From Devosia equisanguinis (GTDB lineage: Bacteria; Pseudomonadota; Alphaproteobacteria; Rhizobiales; Hyphomicrobiaceae), in contig CAMAYR010000001.1 in the NCBI GenBank assembly GCA_945862355.1, positions 14,314 through 78,313 on the forward strand: a stretch of DNA of 64,000 nucleotides. The letters are read 5' to 3'. Shown one piece after another: positions 52,299 through 62,170 of the stretch. The notes under the pieces were generated by a model that saw nothing but the letters and a program-made list of their open reading frames with translations, searched no databases and was not told where the DNA came from. The position numbers and the translations under genes were made by a program. How positions within the stretch are numbered: position 1 is the stretch's first letter; each line of letters starts with the position of its first letter.

Positions 52299-52460
52299 CT
52301 AGTGGCCCGTAGCGCCTAAATCGCACCATAGCCGCAACCCCCGTCCGATTCAGGCGCGACATATGGGCCAATAGAATCAGCAATGGCTTAGTGAGGCGTT
52401 CATCGCGCCTTAGTTGACACCATCCTCGCCACACCGTTGGTCACTTGAGGCGCGACGCCT
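52299..52460. repeat. Composite hairpin repeat (modules B+A), right flank of nudC-eamA, inverted
   Basis: Module B is at 52299-52374 and module A at 52391-52460, inverted relative to 50207-50370. Confidence 0.8.
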
Positions 52461-52800
52461 AATACCCTCGAGCGAAAGTTTCGACCCACTACATGGGTCT
52501 TCACTTTCGCTGCGGCGCTTGCGCCGGGCCGCAGTCGCGGCCTCGCCGAGCGGACAGAGCAACAAGTCACGGCTTCCGCTCGGCGGCATAACTAGGCCGA
52601 GACGCGCGTGCAGCGTGAGGCCATAAAGTCTCAATTCCAGGGGCGCGGTGTCACGCGGAGCGCGGCCGCCACATTGTCAGCGCAGTGTCGTGGCTGGTTT
52701 GCCTCATCCGGGGATTCGCCCCGGACCGAAGGCCGTGTAGGGGACTTCGGGACAGGAGTGGGACCAGCGGCGGGCTCGGCTCGCCGCAGCGCGGGCCGGT

Positions 52801-55146
52801 ATGACGAACGTTCTGGCGCTCCCATCGGGGACAGAGCTGGTTGGAGACTTCCGGATCGAGCGGGTGCTCGGTGCCGGCGGTTTTGGCATGACCTATCTCG
52901 CCCAGGAGATCGCGCTCGGCCGGCAGGTTACCATCAAGGAGTATTTCCCGCCGGATTTCGCCGCGCGCGGAGAGGGCCATCTCGCCGTCCCCCGCGGCGA
53001 GGACACGGCCGCCGATTTCCAATGGGGCCTTGACCGGTTCATCGACGAGGCGCAGGCGCTCGCTCTCTTCGATCATCCCAACATCGTCCGTGTCTATCGC
53101 TACTTCAAGGCGAACGGCACCGCCTACATGGTCCTGACGTTCGAGGAGGGCCAGAGCCTCAAGGCGTGGCTCAAGAGCCTGGGACGCGCGCCACGGCAGC
53201 GCGAGCTCGACGACATACTGGCGCCGCTGCTCGATGCGCTCGAGACGGTGCATGCCGCCGACTACCTGCACCGCGACATCGCGCCGGACAACATCATCGT
53301 CCGCAAGGACGGTGCGCCGGTGCTGATCGATTTCGGCTCGGCGCGCGGGGAGATCGCGGCCCGCTCGCGCACGGTCAGCGCGCTCGTCAAACCGGGCTAC
53401 AGTCCTTACGAGCAATACGCGGAAAGCGGCAACCGACAGGGGCCGTGGACCGACATCTACGCGCTCGGCGCGACACTCTATCAGGCAATCTCGGGGCGGC
53501 GGCCCGCCGACGCTCCCTCGCGCGTGGTGAAGGACGAGCTGGCGCCTGCGCAAGCGGTTTCGCTCGCCTCCTATCGACCACGCTTTCTGGCGGCTGTAGA
53601 TCGGGCACTGGTCCTCGATCCGGGTGGCCGGCCGCAGTCGGTGGCCGCCTGGCGTGGCGATCTGCTGGCGCCTGATCCTGCCCGACCAGGATGGCTCGAG
53701 CGCGCCGCCGGCCGGGCGACGCCGGCCGCCCGCAACGGCGGGGCGACGGTGAAGCTGACCGTTCAGCCAGGAGCGGCGCCCATTCCCGACGCACCAGGGG
53801 CGCCAGGCCAGATCCTCGATCTGATCGACGGGCTGAAGCAAAAGTCGGTCGCGGCGAAGCCCGGCATCCTAGATGGTGCGGACACACCGGCTTCCGCGCC
53901 GGGCTCCAAGCCCCCGACCCGAGGACGCGCGGAGGAAAGCAGGCCGCCGGCTGCGCAGGCCGCCTCGAAGCCGAGCCGTTCAGGATCGCAACAGAAATCA
54001 GCCGACAAGCTACCCGTCCCGGTTCCGCAGAAACCTCGTCCGGCGCGGCCCAAGCCCGTCCGCCTCGCCCGCGGACGTCAGTGGCGCTCGTTCGCGACCA
54101 AGTTCGCCATCGGGGCTGCCATCGCCGGCTTTGCGGTCACCTACAAGGATGAGCTTCCGGGCTTTGCCAGGTTGACGCAAGACGCCGGCGAGCGGAGTGG
54201 ACGCATCGTCGAGAAAGCAGCTCTCGCGCGCTCGGCAACGCCGGCACCATCACGCGTCACGATGCTCACCGGGCACCGGGGCGGTGTGAATGCGGTGGAT
54301 TTCACCGCAGACGGCAAGCTGATCGTGACCGCCGGTGCCGACGCGACACTGCGGGTCTGGGATGCATCGAGCGGGGCTGCTGTGCGCACGATCGAGCCAG
54401 CAGAGGGCGCGGCTACGGCGATGTCCGTGCTCGGGCGGCGCGCGCTGACCGGTCACGGGGACGGGCGTGCCGCGCTGTGGGACCTGGATACCGGCCAGCG
54501 GATCGCGAGCTATCGCCGCGGCGAGGCGAGCATCACTGCGGTTGGTTTCGCGCGCGATGGACAGCGCGTACTCGTGTCCAGCGCCGACGCGACGTTGACG
54601 GTCTGGGATACGGCCTCGCCCCAAACACCCGTCGCGCTCATCGAAGCGCACGATGGCCCGGTCACCGCAGTGGCCTACGCGGAGCGCAGCCAGCTGATCG
54701 CAACGGGCGGCCAGGACAAAGCGGTGCGGCTGTGGCGCGGCCGCGACCTAAAGCTGGTGCGCAGCTATCGCGGCCATCGCGACGCGGTGTCCGCGCTCGC
54801 ATTCTCGCCCGATGGCCGATACGTGGCGGCCGGCGCCGAGGACGGAAGAATCCGCGTCTGGAACACGTCGTCGTCGAGCCTCTATCGCCTGAACTCCAAA
54901 CATAACGGCCGCATTCGCGGCCTCGCATTCTCGCCGGCGGGTGACCTGCTCGCATCTGCTGCGGACGACGGCAGCGTTCAGTTGTGGCATCTGCGCCAGA
55001 GCCGCGTCATCCGCGCGGCCCCGGAAAGCGGCACACCGGCCCGCGCGCTCGCTTTCGCGCCGGACGGCAGCCGCGCCGCCGTCGCCAGCGCCGACGGCAG
55101 CGTCCGGTTCTGGGACGCTGCTCCGCCGACGCGACAATCGCGCTGA
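52801..55146 (+). CDS. Ser/Thr protein kinase with a predicted TM segment and seven C-terminal WD40 repeats
   Basis: GAGGFGMTY, HRDIAPDNIIV, DFGSAR. Pro/Ala-rich linker. Hydrophobic FATKFAIGAAIAGFAVTY. Seven repeats ending in WD/WN/WH/WR. Confidence 0.9.
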   Translation: MTNVLALPSGTELVGDFRIERVLGAGGFGMTYLAQEIALGRQVTIKEYFPPDFAARGEGHLAVPRGEDTAADFQWGLDRFIDEAQALALFDHPNIVRVYRYFKANGTAYMVLTFEEGQSLKAWLKSLGRAPRQRELDDILAPLLDALETVHAADYLHRDIAPDNIIVRKDGAPVLIDFGSARGEIAARSRTVSALVKPGYSPYEQYAESGNRQGPWTDIYALGATLYQAISGRRPADAPSRVVKDELAPAQAVSLASYRPRFLAAVDRALVLDPGGRPQSVAAWRGDLLAPDPARPGWLERAAGRATPAARNGGATVKLTVQPGAAPIPDAPGAPGQILDLIDGLKQKSVAAKPGILDGADTPASAPGSKPPTRGRAEESRPPAAQAASKPSRSGSQQKSADKLPVPVPQKPRPARPKPVRLARGRQWRSFATKFAIGAAIAGFAVTYKDELPGFARLTQDAGERSGRIVEKAALARSATPAPSRVTMLTGHRGGVNAVDFTADGKLIVTAGADATLRVWDASSGAAVRTIEPAEGAATAMSVLGRRALTGHGDGRAALWDLDTGQRIASYRRGEASITAVGFARDGQRVLVSSADATLTVWDTASPQTPVALIEAHDGPVTAVAYAERSQLIATGGQDKAVRLWRGRDLKLVRSYRGHRDAVSALAFSPDGRYVAAGAEDGRIRVWNTSSSSLYRLNSKHNGRIRGLAFSPAGDLLASAADDGSVQLWHLRQSRVIRAAPESGTPARALAFAPDGSRAAVASADGSVRFWDAAPPTRQSR

Positions 55147-55708
55147 GACGGACGAGCGAGGCGGCGCGATGAGAACTCCAGCGGCTATGCAAGCTGCCGT
55201 CGCTCCGCCGACGGCCGACGCCCCGAAGTCGCGTCGGGTCGAAGCCGACACGCCCCATCTACGGCGAATACTCCGGTCTTCAGTACCTAGCCCCTCCCGC
55301 CCCACGCGAGCGGCGGCTTGCGTAGGACTGCGCCAAGGAGAGACGTCGGGGAGGTGGAGCAATCCTACCCATTTCGTCCACATCGCCTTGGCGCGCACCC
55401 CGGCTGACGCCTCGCGCGCTTCGCGCACGACGCCTGCGCATGCCCAGCGTCAGCAATCCGTCTGATCTTGCGCCAGGGGCACAGCCGATGCTGGCTGGGC
55501 ACGACGACCAGGAACGTCTCGTGGCCGAGTGGGCAGCGGCGTCGAGACGGCATAGCGCGCTCCCCGGTACGCGATACGGAATATGCCGAGTGCCCGACTC
55601 GACTAATCCCGCTGGCTCTGTCTACATCGACACTTGTGCCGCATGGGTCCGTCATGCCCGGCGGCGAGGCGTGGCGAAACGGGCCGGATCAAGCCCGGGA
55701 GGGTCAGC

Positions 55709-56671
55709 ATGACGATTGCCAATCTCGCATTCACCAGGGCAGTCGCGCTGGCGGCTATATCTGCTCAAGCCATCACCGCGCCGGCCTCGTCGCAGACTGT
55801 GATCGGACTGGCCACCACGGCAGGTGGCGCCACCGAGCAGATCGCGACCGGCCTCGCCAAGGCGATCGCGGAGAATTCGGACCTCCAGGTGCGGCCGCAA
55901 GTGCAAGCCAACACTTCCCAGTACCTGCCGTTGGTCAATACCGGCAAGATCGAGTTCGGCATCGCCAACGCACCGCAGACCTCCTACGCCATAAGCGGCA
56001 CGGGCATGTCGCAGGGCCAGAAGAACGAGAACCTGAAGCTCGTCGCCGTCCTCTTCCCCTTCAACACGGGACTGCTGGTGGCTGCCGCGCAGCCGGCCAA
56101 GACATTTGCGGAAATGAAGGGCAAGAAATGGCCGCGCTTTACGGCCAACTCGCTCGGCGACTTCATCATGCGGACCGGCCTCGCCGCGGGCAACCTGACC
56201 TATAACGACGTCGTCAGCGTACCGATGGCCAACTTTCCCCGTCATTGGGATGGCTTGAAGCAGGGCCAGACGGACATCGCTATCGGCTCCGTCGGCTCGC
56301 AGATCACTCTTGACCTCAACGCTTCGCTCAGCGGTATCCGCTACATCTCGTATGCCAAGAGTGACGAGGCGGCGGTGGCCAAGCTATTGCCAGGCACGAC
56401 GCTTCGGTCCGTGCCATCCACCCCCCGGACTCCAGGCAATGCGCCGGGAACGCTCGTGATGTCGTTCGACTACACGATGTTCGCGGCCAAGAGCGTGCCG
56501 GATGCGCTCGTCGAGAAGGTCGTCAAGGCCCTCCACGCAGGCGTTCCCGGCCTCAAGAAGTCCGGGCCGCTCTGGAACGAGATGGAGCAGAAGCAGATGG
56601 CGAAGAGCATCGGCATCGAGTTCCACCCGGGCGCCATCAAGGCCTACAAGGCGCTCGGCGTCGCGAAATGA
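55709..56671 (+). CDS. TAXI-family TRAP transporter solute receptor
   Basis: Signal peptide, then VIGLATTAGGATEQIATGLAKA... It lies upstream of the fused TRAP permease. Confidence 0.8.
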   Translation: MTIANLAFTRAVALAAISAQAITAPASSQTVIGLATTAGGATEQIATGLAKAIAENSDLQVRPQVQANTSQYLPLVNTGKIEFGIANAPQTSYAISGTGMSQGQKNENLKLVAVLFPFNTGLLVAAAQPAKTFAEMKGKKWPRFTANSLGDFIMRTGLAAGNLTYNDVVSVPMANFPRHWDGLKQGQTDIAIGSVGSQITLDLNASLSGIRYISYAKSDEAAVAKLLPGTTLRSVPSTPRTPGNAPGTLVMSFDYTMFAAKSVPDALVEKVVKALHAGVPGLKKSGPLWNEMEQKQMAKSIGIEFHPGAIKAYKALGVAK

Positions 56672-56705
56672 CTTCGGCAGTCTGAACCAGTCTGAGCGCA
56701 GCGGA

Positions 56706-58643
56706 ATGGAAGAAAGCATGCCAACAACCGCTGCCGGCAAGGCGGCGGACGGCTGGCTGGCGCGAGGAAGCACGGCTCTTGCCGCGCTGCTCGCCGCCAC
56801 CATGCCGCTGATTGCCATCGGCATGGTGGTCGATCTGCCGCAAAGGGTCGGCCTGCTCGTGTTTCCCGAGCAGGTGGCGGGGCTGATGCTGGGCGGCTCG
56901 GCAGCCGTGGTTTACTGGCGCTATTCCGCGAGAAAGCAAGGTCTGGCAGCTGTGGTCGACCTTGTCCTGGGGGCGGCCGGTTGCGCGCTCGGCATCTGGA
57001 TGTTCATGCGCTTCCAGATCCTGTCGGAGCAGGCTATTCAATACCCGCTCGAGGCCCTGGCGATCGGCATTGCACTGGTAGCGCTGTGCCTGGAGGCGCT
57101 GCGGCGGGTCGCTGGCATGTCGCTCGTGTGGATCTTCGCCGGAATGCTCGCCTATGCGCTGTTCGGCGATTACATCCCGGGCGCGCTTAAGGGCAGGCCG
57201 CAACCGATCGACGATCTGTTCCGGTTCCTCGGCACCGATTCGACGGCAACTCTGGGACAATCGCTGCAGGTCGCAAGCTTCGTCGTCGTACCGTTCATCG
57301 TGTTCGGCGCGCTTCTGGTGATGGCCGGTGGCGGCCAGTTCTTCACCTACCTCGCGATGTTCGTCGCCGGTCACGGGCACGGGAACGCGGCCAAGATCTC
57401 GGTCGTGGCCTCGGCGCTGTTCGGCACGATCTCGGGCAGCTCGGTGTCGAACGTCATGTCGACTGGCGTGGTCACCATCCCGCTTATGAAGCGATCTGGC
57501 ATGAAGCCAAAGGTCGCCGCTGCGATCGAGGCATGCGCCTCGACAGGTGGCCAGATCATGCCGCCGGTGATGGGGGCTGCCGCGTTCCTGATGGCGGAGT
57601 TCCTGCGCGTACCGTACTCGGTGGTGCTGATCTCCGCGATCGTGCCAGGGCTGCTCTATTACCTGTCGATCTACGTGCAGATCGACTTTCTCGCGCGGCG
57701 CGAGAAGCTCGGCATCCTCGAGCAGAAGACCGACAGCGAAGGCGTCTCGCTGTGGCGGGCCGGCGTGGCCGTGCTGATCTCATTCGGCGTGCTGCTCGGC
57801 GGCATATTCACGTTCAATTGGCAAGCAGAGCAGGGCGCGGTCTATGCGGGCATCGCGCTGATCGCGTTCCTGGCGGTAATGGGCACGGGGCCGACGCGAC
57901 TGACACCGCGACGGATGCTGAACACGCTGATCTCATCAGGCGACGGCATGTGCGACGTCATCCTGGTCTGCGCCGTTTCGGGCATGATCATCGGGCTGCT
58001 GACGACGACGGGTCTCGGGTTCGCGCTGTCGATGGCCATGCTGGCCTGGGGCAAGGCGAACTTCCTGCTGTTGCTGGTGATCACAGCCCTTGCTGCCATG
58101 ATCCTCGGCCTCGGGCTGCCGACAACGGGCGTCTATCTGCTGCTCGCCTCGCTTGCCGCGCCGCCGCTCGTCGAACTCGGCGTGAACCAGATGGCCGCGC
58201 ATATGTTCGTCTTCTACTACGGCATGCTGTCGATGATCACGCCGCCGATTGCGCTGACCGCATTCGCGGCAGCCTCCCTCGCTGGCGCCAACCAGGAGGA
58301 GACGGCATGGGAGGCGTTCCGGTTCGGCTGGATCTCCTACATCCTGCCATTCCTGTTCATCTACCAGCCGGCGCTGCTGATGCAGGGCGGCTGGGGCGAA
58401 ATCGGGTTCGCGGTGGCCTCCGCGCTGGTAGCCACGCCTCTCGTTACGGCTGGGCTCCTCGGGCACGGGCTCGGCCCCGTCGGATGGGCTGGAAGGATCA
58501 TCGCAATCGTCGTCGGCCTGGCATGCCTGATCCCGCAGGAGGTGCTGATGGGCGCGATGCTGCTCGACGTCGCCGCGCTCGCAATTGGTATGGTGCTGAT
58601 GATCTGGCACTGGCTGCGCTATCGGCAGACTCGATTCAACTGA
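56706..58643 (+). CDS. TRAP transporter fused permease (TAXI type)
   Basis: 645 aa, highly hydrophobic, more than 15 helices, DctM-like regions. Confidence 0.8.
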   Translation: MEESMPTTAAGKAADGWLARGSTALAALLAATMPLIAIGMVVDLPQRVGLLVFPEQVAGLMLGGSAAVVYWRYSARKQGLAAVVDLVLGAAGCALGIWMFMRFQILSEQAIQYPLEALAIGIALVALCLEALRRVAGMSLVWIFAGMLAYALFGDYIPGALKGRPQPIDDLFRFLGTDSTATLGQSLQVASFVVVPFIVFGALLVMAGGGQFFTYLAMFVAGHGHGNAAKISVVASALFGTISGSSVSNVMSTGVVTIPLMKRSGMKPKVAAAIEACASTGGQIMPPVMGAAAFLMAEFLRVPYSVVLISAIVPGLLYYLSIYVQIDFLARREKLGILEQKTDSEGVSLWRAGVAVLISFGVLLGGIFTFNWQAEQGAVYAGIALIAFLAVMGTGPTRLTPRRMLNTLISSGDGMCDVILVCAVSGMIIGLLTTTGLGFALSMAMLAWGKANFLLLLVITALAAMILGLGLPTTGVYLLLASLAAPPLVELGVNQMAAHMFVFYYGMLSMITPPIALTAFAAASLAGANQEETAWEAFRFGWISYILPFLFIYQPALLMQGGWGEIGFAVASALVATPLVTAGLLGHGLGPVGWAGRIIAIVVGLACLIPQEVLMGAMLLDVAALAIGMVLMIWHWLRYRQTRFN

Positions 58644-58845
58644 CGACGGGCCACTAATACCCAGGGTCCCAAGTCCCTGGTACGTATGACGATAGAGGAT
58701 GCTCGCCGGACAGGAGCGACGCGAAGACCTCAAGCGCTGCCAGCGTACCCGCCTGCGTGATGCGTCGTTGGCGCGCTCGGCCATTGGCGTGCTGCAGGCA
58801 CTGCGACACGGTTCGCCGACCACCGCCGACCAGGAGCGATGCCCG

Positions 58846-59613
58846 ATGAACGCGCCCCACATCGCTGCACTTTACCGCTATCCGATCAAGGGCATGACGC
58901 CGGAGCCGATGACGCGTGTGAGACTGGCGGCCGGCGGGACCATGCCGCACGATCGCGCCTACGCGATCGAGAACGGTCCGGGGCGGTTCGACGTGGACGC
59001 CCCGCGACACCTGCCGAAAATCAACTTCCTGATGTTGATGCGGAACGAGCGACTGGCAAGCCTGGAGGCGCGCTTCGAGGATGCCACGCAAACCCTGACG
59101 ATCTTCCGCGCGGGGCGGCAGGTCGCGCGCGGCCAACTCGACACGCCGCTCGGCAGGCGGCTCATCGAGCAATTCCTCGCAGCGTTCATGAAAACCGATC
59201 TGCGAGGTGCGCCGCGCATCGTATCGGCGGCAGGGCACAGCTTCACGGATGTTGCGGTCAAGTGCCTTCACGTCGTCAATCTGGCGAGCGTGCGCGAACT
59301 GGAGCGGGTCGCGGGCCGACCGGTCGAGCCGCTGCGCTTTCGCGCCAATGTGCATCTCGACGGGCTGCCGGCCTTCGCCGAGCTTGGCTGGGTTGGCAGA
59401 GAGTTCCAACTCGGCGACGTGGCGACGCGCGTGATCGACCGCACCGTTCGCTGCGAGGCTACCAATGTCGATCCCACGACGGCAGCGCGCGACATGGCAA
59501 TCCCAGCGCTACTGCAGCGAACGTGGGGGCGCTCCGATTTCGGCGTCTATGCGACGGTGGAAACTGCCGGCGAGATTGCCGTCGGCGACACAGCAAACGT
59601 GCCGGCAAGCTGA
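58846..59613 (+). CDS. MOSC domain protein
   Basis: IAALYRYPIKGMTPE (MOSC N-terminal beta-barrel) and ...RFRANVHLDG...RCEATNVDP. Confidence 0.8.
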   Translation: MNAPHIAALYRYPIKGMTPEPMTRVRLAAGGTMPHDRAYAIENGPGRFDVDAPRHLPKINFLMLMRNERLASLEARFEDATQTLTIFRAGRQVARGQLDTPLGRRLIEQFLAAFMKTDLRGAPRIVSAAGHSFTDVAVKCLHVVNLASVRELERVAGRPVEPLRFRANVHLDGLPAFAELGWVGREFQLGDVATRVIDRTVRCEATNVDPTTAARDMAIPALLQRTWGRSDFGVYATVETAGEIAVGDTANVPAS

Positions 59614-59625
59614 GAAGTAGCGCGA

Positions 59626-60816
59626 TCAGTCGCCGCTGGGCGTCTCCGGCATTGCCGGTCGTGCGACGGGAGGTGCGGCCTCGCCCGGCTCTGCCGCGCT
59701 CGCATCGCGGCGCGGCCGGCGCACAGGTCGACGCAGAAACTCTGGCTGATCGCTGGCGGCTTCCACGAACCGTTCGCGGCGGCGCGGCGCAGCGGGGGCT
59801 GCTGCAACCGGCGCGGCGGGCTCGGGCGTGCGCTCGACCTCGAGGCCACCGGCAGCGATCGGCCGCTCGCTCACATCTGCGCGCTCCGAGCGCTCCGAGC
59901 GCTCCGGTCTCTCTGGTCTCTCTGGTCTCTCGGCACGTTCGGCTCGATCCGACCGATCTTGCCGCTCCGGACGATCGTGACGTTCCGGACGATCTTGACG
60001 TTCTGGGCGATCTTGACGATCACCTCTCTCAACGCGATCGGTTCGCTCACCGCGATCCTGCCGATCACCATAAGCCGGGCGCGGACCGCGCTCCTGCCGA
60101 TCACCGCGGTCGAAGCGCTCTCCGTTGTGCTCACCCCGGGGAAACCGCTCCTGGCGTTCGCCGCGGTTACCGCGTGCATCACCCTGGCCCCGGTCTTGGC
60201 CTCTGCTGTCACCCCGATCATTGCCGAACCGCTGGTCGCGCTGGCGGAAGTTTCGGCCGCCATCCCGGTATTCCCGGTCCCGGCCACCGCCCTCGCGGTC
60301 GCGCGGAGCACCCTGGTCGCGGTAGCCCTGGTCCCCGCCCTGGCGCTGCGGCCTGTCTTCGCGAGACTGTCCAGAGTCGTACATGCGCGGCTGCGGCTCA
60401 TTGGCGCGCATTCCCATCTGAGACTGGTCGCCGCCGGCCTCATCTCCGTCCTCACCGGGGTCACCATCGTAAGGCTCGCCCGCAACCTGGAACTGGCGAT
60501 GGCGGGGCAATCCGCCGCTGATCCCTTCCCCGCCGCCCTGTTGGATCTGCTGGTCGCGGAAGGTCAGGATGATACGATTGTAGTGCTCAGCGTGCTGCAG
60601 ATAGTTCTCCGCAAGCACGTGATCGCCCGACGACAGCGCATCGCGCGCCAGCGACATGTATTTCTCGGCGATCTGGGCCGGGGTACCGTGGATCTTCTGG
60701 TCGGGACCATTCGATTGGTAGGTCCGCATCAGGGGATTGTGGTGATTCTGCCCCTTCCGGTTCTGCGGTTGGTTGCCGCGACCTCGGCCACGGCGGTTCT
60801 GCTGTCCCTGCCTCAT
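59626..60816 (-). CDS. DUF4167 protein with long Arg/Asp/Glu/Pro repeat tail
   Basis: MRQGQQNRRGRGRGN...NGPDQKIHGTPAQIAEKYMSLARDA...ENYLQHAEHYNRI, followed by low complexity DRxER repeats. Confidence 0.8.
   Translation of the reverse strand: MRQGQQNRRGRGRGNQPQNRKGQNHHNPLMRTYQSNGPDQKIHGTPAQIAEKYMSLARDALSSGDHVLAENYLQHAEHYNRIILTFRDQQIQQGGGEGISGGLPRHRQFQVAGEPYDGDPGEDGDEAGGDQSQMGMRANEPQPRMYDSGQSREDRPQRQGGDQGYRDQGAPRDREGGGRDREYRDGGRNFRQRDQRFGNDRGDSRGQDRGQGDARGNRGERQERFPRGEHNGERFDRGDRQERGPRPAYGDRQDRGERTDRVERGDRQDRPERQDRPERHDRPERQDRSDRAERAERPERPERPERSERSERADVSERPIAAGGLEVERTPEPAAPVAAAPAAPRRRERFVEAASDQPEFLRRPVRRPRRDASAAEPGEAAPPVARPAMPETPSGD
59881..60020. repeat. Short in-frame tandem repeats within the DUF4167 gene
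   Basis: GCGCTCCGA x2.8 (59881-59905). GGTCTCTCT x2.9 (59906-59931). An 18-nt unit CCGGACGATCKTGACGTT x3 (59967-60020). Confidence 0.8.
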
Positions 60817-61260
60817 GGAACCCTGTTCTCTCGAGCTATGTGCCTGCAAACCTTTGCAAAAACCTTCTGCACCAGCAATGCCATCATCAGTTAATGCTTG
60901 TGGAGAGACGCAATGTGCAAGCACATGCGTGACGTGGCGCCGTCCGGATCAAGGATCGCCAGTCGTATGGCCGCATGGCACACGCACGACCGCCTGACCT
61001 CTTTATGATCGCCATTAAGACCGGGTTACCTGGTACCAGCGTCCTTTGAACGCGGCACGGCGCGCGACGCCACAATCCCTGCTCGTCTCTCGCGCCTTGG
61101 CGCTGCATCCGACCGGGGATGCGCCGTTCAACGATTTTTGTAGTCGTCCGTGCGGCAGCAGTGGCAGCCAACTCGCGATCGAGCCGCGCTCATTCGCCTG
61201 CAGAATTCGAAGAAGACTAGCTGGTTACGGGTCTGCTGCCAATAGCGAATTGTGCGGCTT

Positions 61261-62148
61261 CTAAATTTGTGGTTTCCAAGCCACACAGCGGACGTGGCCG
61301 CCGAAGTCTACACCGCGCCGGCTCGCGAGGGCCACCTGGGGTCCACACAGCGTCGCGATCAGCTCGACGAGGGCCCTCGCCTGGCCGGCTCCGATCTCGA
61401 CGATGAACCATCCGCGGGCAACCGGCCTCCTGTTTGCGGAGACCTCCACGATCTGGCGAACGATATCGAGCCCATCGGCGCCGCCGTCGAGCGCCAGGTG
61501 GGGATCGAAACAGCGCACTTCCGGGTCGAGCCCGGCGATCTCGTCCGTCGGAATGTAGGGGGGGTTGGACACGACGAGATCGAAGCTGCCGGCGATGCCC
61601 TCGAAGCTGCGTGCCACCTGAAAGCGCGCACGATCCGCCAGCTCCAACCGCGAGGCGTTGCGCCTTGCGACCTCGATCGCGGCCGGGCTCAGGTCGGTGC
61701 CGAGCCCATGAGCGCGCGGCAATTCGGCGATAAGCGACAGAAGCAGGCACCCTGTGCCCGTGCCGACGTCGAGAAGCTCGATCCGACGGTCGCGCCAGCC
61801 TTCCTCGGCTGCGATCGACAAAGCGAGATCGACAACAGTTTCGGTATCCGGCCGCGGATCCAGAGTTGCTGCCGTCACCTCGAACGCGCGACCATAGAAG
61901 AACCGCTCACCCAGTATACGGGTGAGCGGCTCTCGAGCCAGGCGGCGCTCGACGAAGGCCTCGAGGCGACAGGCTTGCTCGGCACACAACGGGCGCGCGG
62001 GGTCGAGCACGAGTTGTTCTGGTGAAACGCCCGTCGCCGCCTCCACGAGAAGGCGGGCGTCGAGGCGGGCATCCTCGATACCGGCGCCAGACAGTCGGGC
62101 AGCGATGCCACGGATTGCATCCGCGAGGCTGGCGCCGGCCTCGATCAT
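61261..62148 (-). CDS. prmC: Peptide chain release factor N5-glutamine methyltransferase
   Basis: DVGTGTGCLLLSL (SAM motif) and VVSNPPYIP. Confidence 0.9.
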   Translation of the reverse strand: MIEAGASLADAIRGIAARLSGAGIEDARLDARLLVEAATGVSPEQLVLDPARPLCAEQACRLEAFVERRLAREPLTRILGERFFYGRAFEVTAATLDPRPDTETVVDLALSIAAEEGWRDRRIELLDVGTGTGCLLLSLIAELPRAHGLGTDLSPAAIEVARRNASRLELADRARFQVARSFEGIAGSFDLVVSNPPYIPTDEIAGLDPEVRCFDPHLALDGGADGLDIVRQIVEVSANRRPVARGWFIVEIGAGQARALVELIATLCGPQVALASRRGVDFGGHVRCVAWKPQI

Positions 62149-62170
62149 CGGGCGGACCTCGACAAACCGG

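Noticed and set aside
50207-52460. Composite transposon or IS element
   Set aside because: No transposase, integrase or recombinase ORF lies inside or next to the inverted repeats. It is reported as a MITE/REP-like repeat pair instead.
55147-55708. Coding potential in the 560-nt gap after the kinase gene (ORFs 55440-55712 plus strand, 55365-55655 minus strand)
   Set aside because: Both ORFs are Arg/Pro-rich, lack a Shine-Dalgarno sequence, and overlap each other. They are treated as non-coding.
59881-60020. CRISPR-like short repeats
   Set aside because: The repeats are contiguous with no spacers, in frame, and lie inside a coding region. They encode low-complexity peptide repeats.
60817-61260. 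Small RNA or riboswitch in the 444-nt spacer between DUF4167 and prmC
   Set aside because: There is only a weak bulged hairpin near 61095-61125 with a distant T-run. There is no recognisable promoter or conserved motif, so the evidence is insufficient.
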